A DNA stretch of 64,000 bases from Rebecca billardiae RCC1528 (Eukaryota; Protista; Haptophyta), in assembly GCA_965240325.2 (NCBI GenBank), contig OZ251227.1, positions 2,852,001-2,916,000 on the forward strand. Direction: 5' to 3'. Positions 55,263 through 64,000 of this stretch are shown piece after piece (within the stretch, counting starts at the first letter, position 1; each line of letters opens with the position of its first letter). The position numbers and the translations under genes are program-made. A model generated the notes under the pieces. It was not told the origin of the DNA. It worked only from the letters and a program-made list of their open reading frames with translations, and did not search any database.

Positions 55263-56876
55263 ATGCACGTGGCGAAGGCGCCCAAGCTGGCCCAGTCGGC
55301 CTTTCAGATGGGCCGCGAGACGTACCGCGTGCCGATGAGCCTTCACGCCGCGAACCGCGCCAAGGTGGCTGCGCTGATCGTCGCGGCGACGAGCAAGGAC
55401 GCCGCGCGCAGCGTGGCGCGCGACGTTGTGCTGCTCAAGGGCGGCGAGCAGCCCGAGCGGTACGACACGGACAACGAGCCGCTTTTCCGGCAGGAGTCCA
55501 GCTTCCACTACCTCTTCGGCGTCTCCGAAGCGGGCTGCCTCGGCGCGCTCGAGCTGCCCAACGGCCGCTCGACCCTCTTCGTGCCGCGGCTCGCGGGCAA
55601 CGCGCAGTACGAGATCTTCTGCGGCAAGTTTCCCACGCCGGACGAGTTCCGCTCCAAGTACGAGGTCGACGAGGTCAAGTACGTCGACGAGCTCGACGGA
55701 TGGCTCGACGACCGCCTCGGCGCGGACGGGAGCGCGCGCGTGCACGTGCTGGACGGGGTCAACTCCGACTCGGGCGCGCGCCCCGTGCTCGTGCCGACGC
55801 TCGGCGGCGCGGCCGCGGCGCGCGCCGAGCGCGGGGTGCTGTACAACGTGCTCGCCGAGGCGCGCGTGCGCAAGAGCGAGGCGGAGATCGAGCTCATGCG
55901 CTACACGTACCACATCGCCTCCGCGGCGCACGTCGCCGCGCTGCGCGTCGTCCGCGCCGGCCGCATGGAGTACGAGGTCGAGGCGGCGTTCCTGCACGAG
56001 GGGTACGCGCGCGGTGGCTGCCGGCTGCCCGCGTACACGTGCATCTGCGCGTCCGGCCCGAACGCGGCGGTGCTGCACTACGGCCACGCGGGCGCGCCCA
56101 ACGCGCGCGAGCTGCGCGGCGGCGAGCTGCTCCTGCTCGACATGGGCGTCGAGTACCACTGCTACGCGTCCGACATCACCAACACCGTGCCGGTCTCGGG
56201 CGTGTACACGGCGGAGCAGGCGGCGGTGTACGACGCGGTGCTCGCGGCGCAGCGCGCCGTGGTGGGCGCCATCCGGCCGGGCGTGCCGTGGACCGAGATG
56301 CACCGCCTCGCCGAGCGCACGATCCTCGAGGGGCTGCGCGCCGCCGGGCTGCTCAGCGGCGACGTCGCCGACATGATCGACGCGGACGTGGGCGCGGTCT
56401 TCATGCCGCACGGGCTGGGGCACCTGATCGGCGTGGACACGCACGACGTGGGCGGGTACCTGCCCGGCTGCCCGCCGCGCTCGGACCGCCCCGGCCTCAG
56501 CCGGCTGCGCACCGCGCGCGTGCTCGAGCCGGGCATGGTGATCACGGTCGAGCCCGGCTGCTACTTCATCGACGCGCTGCTGGACGGCGCGCTCGCTGAC
56601 CCGGCGCGCGCGCGCTTCCTCGTGCGCGAGCGGGTCGAGGCGTTCCGCGGGTTTGGCGGCGTGCGCATCGAGGACGGCGTGGTGGTCACCGAGGGCGGCG
56701 CCGAGAGCCTCGCCGCGTGCCCGCGCACCCGCGCCGAGGTCGAGGCTGTGCTCGCGGGCGGCGAGTGGCCGCCCGCCAAGGACGACCTGCCCGAGCTCCG
56801 CCGTTCGTGGTGCCGGCTGGGCGCGCACGGCCAGGGGCTGCAGCCCATCGCCATGCCCGGCGCGGCGGCGGCGTAG
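55263..56876 (+). CDS. PEPD: Xaa-Pro dipeptidase (prolidase, M24B)
   Basis: FRQES.FHYLFGV, YTCICASG.NAAVLHYGHAGAPN, DMG.EY.CYASDIT, MPHGLGH, TVEPGCYF, GGVRIED. Confidence 0.95.
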   Translation: MHVAKAPKLAQSAFQMGRETYRVPMSLHAANRAKVAALIVAATSKDAARSVARDVVLLKGGEQPERYDTDNEPLFRQESSFHYLFGVSEAGCLGALELPNGRSTLFVPRLAGNAQYEIFCGKFPTPDEFRSKYEVDEVKYVDELDGWLDDRLGADGSARVHVLDGVNSDSGARPVLVPTLGGAAAARAERGVLYNVLAEARVRKSEAEIELMRYTYHIASAAHVAALRVVRAGRMEYEVEAAFLHEGYARGGCRLPAYTCICASGPNAAVLHYGHAGAPNARELRGGELLLLDMGVEYHCYASDITNTVPVSGVYTAEQAAVYDAVLAAQRAVVGAIRPGVPWTEMHRLAERTILEGLRAAGLLSGDVADMIDADVGAVFMPHGLGHLIGVDTHDVGGYLPGCPPRSDRPGLSRLRTARVLEPGMVITVEPGCYFIDALLDGALADPARARFLVRERVEAFRGFGGVRIEDGVVVTEGGAESLAACPRTRAEVEAVLAGGEWPPAKDDLPELRRSWCRLGAHGQGLQPIAMPGAAAA

Positions 56877-57164
56877 CGTGTGCCCGCCCCTCAGTCGCCT
56901 CGTCGTCGGCGTGGCGCGGGGCTGGCTTCGCACCGCGCCATCCGATCGAGCTCGGGCCGAAGTTGTCAAGTCGACGAACGTCACGAACGGCTGAGCATCA
57001 GCCTTCGGGTGCCACTGTGAGCCCTTGTCCTAGAAATCGATGAGTGCCTGAGCCCTGAGACGCGAATAAAAACAAATCAGGGAGGAAAATCCAGCTCCGC
57101 TCGCGCTCAGCCTCGCGACAAGCCGACAACGAGTGCCGGCTCGCTGCCGAGGTCGTCGCGAGCA

Positions 57165-57629
57165 ATGCCGTCGCTGTACCCACCGCCGTATCCTGTCATC
57201 AACCGGCACCCGACTGTCGGCGCTGCGTTCGCGAACTTCAACCTGTCTGACATCGGCAAGATCACCGGTGCCACCGTCTTCTCGGCCGCGTTCGGCTTCA
57301 TGACCGGTACGCACGTCTGCGCACACACGTTGCGTGCCGCGAGTTGGAGCCATCTCCCGCTCAGTTGCTCGCGTTGTGCCTGGCGCCTTTTGCGCGCACG
57401 CGTGCTGCGCGCAGGTGCTCCGATTCGGCGACCGCAGATGTGGTTTTGTGGCAGCCTCGGCCTCTTCGCCGGCCTGCTCACCGCACACCAGTGCTCGTCT
57501 GCACGGCTGATGGGGTACCAGGCGAACCCGGGCGAGTGCGCGCGATACGGCTTGACATTCCCCGCCAAGGAAGACATTCCTGCGCGCAACTGGGTGGTGA
57601 CGAATGACTCGTGGTACCGCAAGGAGTGA
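57165..57629 (+). CDS. Mitochondrial complex I NUXM / 20.9-kDa-type accessory subunit; intron 57307-57414
   Basis: YPVINRHPT....NF..SD and SSARLMG..N..E..RY; GTACGC..GCAG intron. Confidence 0.8.
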   Translation: MPSLYPPPYPVINRHPTVGAAFANFNLSDIGKITGATVFSAAFGFMTGTHVCAHTLRAASWSHLPLSCSRCAWRLLRARVLRAGAPIRRPQMWFCGSLGLFAGLLTAHQCSSARLMGYQANPGECARYGLTFPAKEDIPARNWVVTNDSWYRKE

Positions 57630-58590
57630 GCGAGCCGCGTCGCAGCTGGCTGAACCCCAGCTGTGATTGCGGGGCAGAGGTGCGCTCCCCGGACTCCCAC
57701 GAGTTGAGCCGAGCCCGACGGGGCGAATGAGGGAACGCCAAAACGGTCAGCACGCGTGCCAGGCCTTCAATCGATGGATATCTTCACTGGTGCAGCACGC
57801 GTGCATTTGACCGCGGTGGTGCGATGACGGATGGCGGAAGGGCGGCTGCCTCCCCGTGTCCGCCAACACGCACCGCCGCCGCTCGGCCATCGGCGCTCCG
57901 CGGCCGCTCGGGCTGCGGGCGTCGTCGACGGCCCAGGCGACGCAGCGTCGCAGCGTGACTAGAGCGCTAAGCGCTCCGGCGGTACTCACTCAGAGTCGTC
58001 ACTCAGCCCGCGGCGACTGCAAAGTGCAAGCGAGGCACGCCCCGGATATTGATCGGCCATCGGGCGATGCCGATTGGCGGCGCTCAGTGACAACTGTGAC
58101 ACAGACACAGTGCGGGCGAGTGCCGGCCAGCAACCGGCCAACCGTTATGTACTTAGTCTTATAGTAATATTATACCGCTACAGACTGTCTACAGAGTACA
58201 GTACAGACTCTACAGTCGATCTACTATTAGTCATTCCGATTGGCATTCGGACGACCTTAGGCCTGACACTAGTTATAGGCCGGCGTCGGTACTCGGTGGC
58301 GCCTTGTCTGCTCACTTCTGACGCTGTTGTCAGAACCACTACTCTGTGCCCTGTCGCCTCTGTGCCCTCTGTCGCCCTCGGTCGTGCCGCGTGCGGTCCG
58401 AGCCCCCGCCCCGAGGCCCGACCCCCCGCTGGGCGTGTCCGGGGGCGAACAGCGGCGTGTCGGAGCGAGCGTCCGCCGAGCTCAATCATGAGCACTGCTC
58501 GGGTGTCGGCGACCGAGCAGCACCGTGCGCACTGCACTGGCCACAAGCCCACAAGTCCAGCAGCGCTCCTGCAGGCCGCGAGCCGACGCC

Positions 58591-59610
58591 TCACTTCGGC
58601 GGCGCGTCCCACACGTCCACCTTCTCCACTCGGCGGCGCGCCACGATGAAGGCCGTGCCCTGCTCGTAGTAGGCCGCCTCGTTGACGAACATTGGGTACA
58701 GCGGGTCCGCCTTGCCCGGCGCGCCGTCGAGCGCGCCGGCCGGCGCGACGTCTGCGAGCGTGAGCGCAGACGCGTCGCTGAGCATCTGGAAGACAGGCGT
58801 GGAGCGCGAGAGCGGCGTCGTCAGCTCCTGCACGCCCTGCAGCTCGGGGTGGATGAAGCCGACGATCCTGCTGCTATCCGCCTCGTCGCGAGGGTAGTCG
58901 ACGGTGAACACGCGCTCGTGGCACGGCAGCTCGTGCGGCCTCGCCGCCGCGCCCTCCCGGCCACCGACGCACGCGTTGTGCCGGTCGACGTAAGCGAGCG
59001 CGTCGCGCAGCAGCTGCAGGGTGCGCTGCAGGAGCGCCGAGCTGACGGTGGAGTGCGCGCACGGGCCCACCTCGACGGTGAGGCCGGAGCGCGCGATCGT
59101 GGGCAGCAGCGCGACGTCGTCCTTGTCCGGCCAGAGGACGATCACGATCGACGGGTCGAGCGAGCGCAGGTGCGCCGCCAGCTGCATGGCAAACAGATCG
59201 CGCGGGTGCAGGCACAGCATCACGCCCGTGTTGGCGGTCGTGGAGTGGAGGTCGAGGATGAGGTCGCACTTGGGATGCGTGGCGGACTTAGGGCCGAGCA
59301 TGCCGTCGATCTCGCGCGCGCGGCGCATCTCGGCCGCCTGCGGCTCGTCCTTCGCCTCGAGGTCGCGCATGGAGAAGCAGCGGTTCAGATCTGCGTCCAC
59401 GTACCGCCGCCCGGCTCCCGTGCCTTTGGCCGCGGCGGCGAGCGGGTTCGAGACGAGCGTGGTGAGCTCGAAGGACTTGCACGCGGGCGGCGCGCGCTGC
59501 AGCTCGCCCACGATGGAGAGGCCCATCCGCTCGTTGCCGTGCGTGCCACCCACGATGGCGACTCCCTGCACCGGGTGCGTCGGGTTGCGCCGGCGCTCGT
59601 CGAAGTTCAT
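58591..59610 (-). CDS. ASPA: Aspartoacylase (AstE/AspA family); start could lie upstream, up to 59706
   Basis: GGTHGNE, RYVDADLNRCF, DLHSTTAN, VEVGP, FVNEAAYYE. Confidence 0.93.
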   Translation of the reverse strand: MNFDERRRNPTHPVQGVAIVGGTHGNERMGLSIVGELQRAPPACKSFELTTLVSNPLAAAAKGTGAGRRYVDADLNRCFSMRDLEAKDEPQAAEMRRAREIDGMLGPKSATHPKCDLILDLHSTTANTGVMLCLHPRDLFAMQLAAHLRSLDPSIVIVLWPDKDDVALLPTIARSGLTVEVGPCAHSTVSSALLQRTLQLLRDALAYVDRHNACVGGREGAAARPHELPCHERVFTVDYPRDEADSSRIVGFIHPELQGVQELTTPLSRSTPVFQMLSDASALTLADVAPAGALDGAPGKADPLYPMFVNEAAYYEQGTAFIVARRRVEKVDVWDAPPK

Positions 59611-59936
59611 CGCAAGCCGCTGATCAGTGCTCAGGAGCAGGACGCAAGAAGTGAAGACCAGGGCGTGCATGGACTTGCTGCCGCACGCCAACGCCTCCAA
59701 GCCCACTCGCGCTTGACGGCAGGGCGGCTCCGGCGTGCGCCGACGAGACGCCTCTCGGCTTTTTTCGGCACGTCGATGACGAACGGCGACGGTTCGCTTT
59801 GGTGCGCGCGGGCCGTTTTCAAAGGGCCTTTATTGCGCGGACGAAATGACGACGACGATTATTGACCGGCGCGCTGAAAATCGCGATGGCGATTTGGCGG
59901 AGCGGACTACGCTACGGTGTCCGCTCAGGCGGATTT

Positions 59937-61661
59937 TCAGCCATCCGCGGCCTCGTCCGCGCCCCCTCCTACGGCCGTGCCCGCCGCCGCCCCCTCGGGC
60001 CCGTCCGCCTCCAGTGATGGCGCCGAGTCCGTTCTGCCGGCTCCGTGCCCGTCGCGTCGCTCCGCCCCGGCCGCCTCCGCCTCGCGCCCGCGGCCCGCGG
60101 CGGCGCGATCATCGGCGGCGGCGGCGCCGAGGTCGGCGCGCGCGCTCCCCTCGGCTGCCTCGTCGTCCTCGCCCTCGTCCGAGCCCTCGCCCACCGCGCC
60201 AAGCGGGTCGTCCAGCTCGAGCCGCGCGAGCTGCGCCCCCGGCTCCAGCACCTCCGCGCCCTCCGCCGCGCGCTTGTCCAGCTCCTCCATGAGGCCGTCG
60301 AGCTCGGCCGCGAGCTCCGAGTCCGTGGCGCTGATCACGCTCGCCGTCTCCGAGCCGGCGGTCGAGTCGCCGTCGGCGGCGCGCCGGCGGCCGCGCGTGT
60401 GCGTGCCGCGGCGCTTGCGGTGCTTCCGCCGCCCCGCGTGCACCTTGCCGATCAGCACCACGTCGGGCAGCTCCGACCCCGCCGGCAGCTGCGCCAGCAT
60501 CTCCTCCGCCATGCTGGACGTGCCCAGGTCGTACCCGAGCGCGGTGTCGCCCGCGCCGAGCACGCGCCCGAGGTGGGTGAGCACGCTGAGCACGCGCTCG
60601 TAGTCGGAGCCGCGCACGACCTGCGCGTCGCCGACGGCGAAGCGCGCCGCGCTCGGCTCGGCCGCGCCGCGCGCCGCGCCGCCGCGCCCCGCCGCCTCGA
60701 GCTCGCAGTCGAGCACCTCGAAGGCGCGCGCCGCCGGGCGCGAGAAGGCCGCGCCAAACGGGTGGCGCCAGTACTGGTCTGCGGAGCAGAGGGCGACGGC
60801 GGCGGTGCTGGGGTGGACGAGGTGGATGGTGCGCCCGGCCTTGGCGACGACGCACAGCCGGGTGGGCATCCCCAGGCTCGCCGCCGTCGGCCTCGGCAGC
60901 AGCACCAGGTCGTCCTTGCACAGCGGCGCGACGTCGAGCGCCCACGTGTGCCGCACGTTGGCCGTGCCCGCCTTCTCGTTGTGCGTCACGAGCTGCTTGG
61001 ACTGCTTGGAGCGGGTCATGGCGTACTGCCCGACGAAGTGGACGAGGCGCTCGGCGTGCTGCCGCGTGTCGAAGAAGAAGTCGATGCCCTCCTTCACCGG
61101 CTTGATCTCCACCGCGCCCTTCGCGGCGCCGTCGGCGAGGATGAGCTGCTCGAGCAGGTGCAGCACGCGCGGCGTGGCGGCGCCCTTCTGCCGCAGCTGC
61201 ACGCACGCCTGCCAGGTCTGCTTCGCCGCGGCGCGCTCGCACTCGCGGCACTGCCCGCCGCGCAGCACGTACTCCACCACGCACTGCTGCTGCAGCGCCA
61301 GCCCGCCCGTCACCTCCGCGCGCACGGTCACCTTGATCTTGAGCCGCTTCGAGTGCGGCTCGGTCCACACCCAGCTCGCGTCGATGAGCTTGAGGCGGTG
61401 CGCGTCGTCGCCGTCGTGGAGGTGGCCGGTGAGCCCGCGCGTCTTCTTCAGGCACAGCGCGAGCAGCTGCGGCGACTCGAGCTCCATCTGCGCCCACTGC
61501 GGGTTGCGGTGGAACGCGCCGCACACCGAGCAGCGGTCGATCGCGACCGAGTGCGGGATGTTGGCGGTGAGGTCGACCTCGGCGCGGATGCAGTCGACGC
61601 ACTGGCCGCGCGAGTTGGGCTCGACCAGCGCGCCGCACGTGCAGCACGGGATCTTGCTCAT
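59937..61661 (-). CDS. NMD3: 60S ribosomal export adaptor NMD3
   Basis: CC.CG....N....C..C zinc motifs, ELES..LL..CLKK, WTEPHSKRLK, QLRQK, GIDFFF, P+CKDDLV, DVVLI.K. Confidence 0.96.
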   Translation of the reverse strand: MSKIPCCTCGALVEPNSRGQCVDCIRAEVDLTANIPHSVAIDRCSVCGAFHRNPQWAQMELESPQLLALCLKKTRGLTGHLHDGDDAHRLKLIDASWVWTEPHSKRLKIKVTVRAEVTGGLALQQQCVVEYVLRGGQCRECERAAAKQTWQACVQLRQKGAATPRVLHLLEQLILADGAAKGAVEIKPVKEGIDFFFDTRQHAERLVHFVGQYAMTRSKQSKQLVTHNEKAGTANVRHTWALDVAPLCKDDLVLLPRPTAASLGMPTRLCVVAKAGRTIHLVHPSTAAVALCSADQYWRHPFGAAFSRPAARAFEVLDCELEAAGRGGAARGAAEPSAARFAVGDAQVVRGSDYERVLSVLTHLGRVLGAGDTALGYDLGTSSMAEEMLAQLPAGSELPDVVLIGKVHAGRRKHRKRRGTHTRGRRRAADGDSTAGSETASVISATDSELAAELDGLMEELDKRAAEGAEVLEPGAQLARLELDDPLGAVGEGSDEGEDDEAAEGSARADLGAAAADDRAAAGRGREAEAAGAERRDGHGAGRTDSAPSLEADGPEGAAAGTAVGGGADEAADG

Positions 61662-61867
61662 CGCGCGAGGCCCCTGCATCGCGACGCGCTGAGCAGCGGA
61701 GAGCGGCGGCGGGCGCGGAAGCTGATGGCGGAAGGGCGGCGTGGCGTGGAGGCCGCGCTTCAGTGTCGGCCCAGCTTTCAGCTTGCGAGTTGAGAGTGCG
61801 GGCCGGGCTCAGCAGCACCATGGCGCCGCGATTGCGCGCGTGAAGTCGCCTCCGCCGTGCGCACGAC

Positions 61868-62819
61868 ATGCTCGCGCCCGCCGCCGTGATCTGGGCGGTG
61901 TGCGCCGAGGCGCTGCTCGCCGCCATCGCCGAGCGCACGCTCACCGTCTCGCACGTCGCCGTCGGCCTCGGCGCGGACGCGCTCGCGTACGCATGCATGC
62001 GGCTACTGGGCGCGCTGCAGCCGTACTCGCTCGCGTGGACGGCCTTCTCGTGGGGCGTGGGCGCGGCCGCCGCGCAGCTCGCGTGCGGCCCGGCGCCCGC
62101 GCTGCGCGACGCCCTCCTCGGGCCGAGCGCCGCGCCCCGCCGCGCCCTCGCCGACCTCTGCGTCGCCGGCGCGCTCGCGTGCGCGCTCGGCACGCTCGTG
62201 CTCACGCGCGAGGTCGGGGAGAAGGGCGTGCGCGCGCACACGGCGCTGTACGCGTTCCACGTGGCGGTGTGGACGGCGGGCGTGTGCGTCGCCTCCCGCC
62301 TCGACTGCGCGGGCGCGCCGCCGCCCGAGCAGCACGCCGAGCTGCCCACGTGCGCGCCGAGCCGCGAGCACGGCGCGCCCGACGCGCCGCGCGCGCCGCA
62401 CCCGCTCGGGTCCCTGCCAGCGGCGGCGGCGCGCGCGCTGATCGGCAGGTCGGCGCTGATGCAGGTGGCGCAGGTGTGGCTGCGCCGGCTCTCGCGCTGC
62501 ACGCGCGCGCCGCGCTCGCCGGCCGCCGCGCCCCGCCGCGCCGCCCACGGCCGGTGCTGCGGCGCGCCGGTACCGCTGAGCGCGCTGTGCGCGGCCGCTC
62601 TGTGCTTGTACGGCTGCGCCGTGCGGCTTGTCGCGGGCGCGCCGGCGGTGCTGTGCTCGGCGGTGGCGTCGGAGGGCGACGCGGCCTGCGCGGCGGGGCG
62701 CCCGCTCCACGCCATCCGCCTTGCCGACCCCAGCCTCCTCGGCGGCGCGCACCGCTGGCTGTACGGCGCGCCCGCCGTCGACGCGCCGCCGTGGTCCGCG
62801 TGGCGGCCGCGCGCCGAGG

Positions 62820-62858
<39 letters not shown>

Positions 62859-64000
62859 GCGGGCGCGCGGGCGCGGGCGCGCCGTCGCGCGGCGTGGTGA
62901 TCGCGGCGCGCGGCGACGCGTGGAAGTACGCGCAGCCCGTCATCGCGTGCGTCCACGTCCTCCGCGCCTCGCTCGGCTCCGCGCTGCCCGTCGAGGTGCT
63001 GCACGTGGGACAGCGTGAGGCGTTCACGCCGGGCGCGGCCGCGCTGCTCCGGGGCTACGGCGGGGTGAGCGTGGCGGACATGCTGCCGAGGCTGCGGCTG
63101 CCGGCGGGCGTGGACGAGCGCACGCTGCGCTCGTTCGCCGCGAAGCCCTTCGCGCTGCTCGCCGCCTCGTGCGAGCTCTGCGTCCTCGTCGATGCGAATG
63201 TGCTCTTCTTCGCTCCGCCCGAGCGGCTGCTTGCGAGGCTGGCGCCCGCGGCCGCGCCGGAGGAGCGCGCGGCCGCGGCCGGCGCGGAGGGTGGGGCGGC
63301 GGCCGACGACGGGGGGGAGGGCCCGGCGCCGCTGCAGCTCGTGCGCGACTACGTCGAGCCCTTCCGCACGACGGACCCCCTCTACGTCCACGGCTACCTC
63401 CGGCTGGACGCGGACGCGCACGCGCGCGCGCTCGGCGACGCGGAGTGTGACTCGAGTGTGGTGGTGGTGGACCGGAGGCGCGCCGCGCGCGCGCTGGCCG
63501 TGGTCGCGGCGCTCAACGCGCTCAAGCCCGCGACGTACCGGCACATGCACGGGGACAAGGACACGTGGTGGCTCGGCGCGGCGCTCGCGGGCGTGCGCGC
63601 CTCCGCCGCGGGCACGGAGGTCGGCTGGCTCGTGCGGGCGGACGAGGGCGGGCTGAGCGGCGGCGGCGACGGCGGCGGCGGAAGCGGCGGCGGCGCGCCG
63701 CACGGCCAGAGCGTGTGGGGGCACGTGCAGTTCGTCGGCGGCGAGGCGGCGACGTTCAACTGGCAGCCGCACTACCCGCGCGGCCACGTGCCCTTCGACG
63801 CGGCGGCGGGCGAGGCCGACGCCGCAGCCGGCGCGGAGCTGCGCTGCTGCGCCATGTGGGCAGAGCACCACAGCGGTGCGCGCCCGCTCGGCGCGCGCCC
63901 CGGCGGAGCGCCGTGCCGCGCCGCCCAGCGCCACCGGCCGCGCCGCGCGGGTGCGCGCGCGCGCTCACCGTGCCCCGCGGCGCGAACTCGCACCGCCGCG
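61868..64000 (+). CDS. GT71 (MNN-type mannosyltransferase-like) protein with multi-TM N-terminus; runs off the window end
   Basis: Frame from ATG 61868, absent from the ORF track (no stop seen): RGVVI, LPVEV, KPFALL, VLVDANVLF..PP, DSSVVVVD, HMHGDKDTWW. Confidence 0.78.

Noticed and set aside
155-63934. Many long overlapping Arg/Ala/Gly-rich ORFs (e.g. 4410-8828 -, 20222-23902 +, 60109-63027 -)
   Set aside because: Shadow frames of real genes caused by very high GC; no domain motifs.

Overview
Gene-dense, very GC-rich eukaryotic nuclear DNA with short spliceosomal introns (GT-AG and one GC-AG). The composition and gene content suggest a microalga, plausibly a haptophyte (inference). About 22 protein genes can be supported. 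They include a giant polycystin-1/REJ-GPS-like membrane protein, several glycosyl- and sulfotransferases, DUF1295, glutaredoxin, a class-III aminotransferase, RING-ankyrin and ankyrin proteins, an ApaH-like phosphatase, lipase 3, a BRK protein, a tandem IGPD, DUF1823, prolidase, the complex I NUXM subunit, aspartoacylase and NMD3. The middle of the window (about 25-47 kb) is an accessory compartment. It holds four tandem Sel1-repeat/MYND genes with shuffled, hypervariable repeat arrays, surrounded by five different non-autonomous TIR elements (four with clear TSDs). Main highlights: (1) the recombining Sel1-MYND array; (2) an internally duplicated IGPD whose halves have reciprocally lost metal ligands; (3) a TIR element inside the start of an ankyrin gene that could splice out in frame; (4) an element with bipartite CACAGTG (RSS-like) ends. 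All domain calls come from motif recognition by eye, not database searches.
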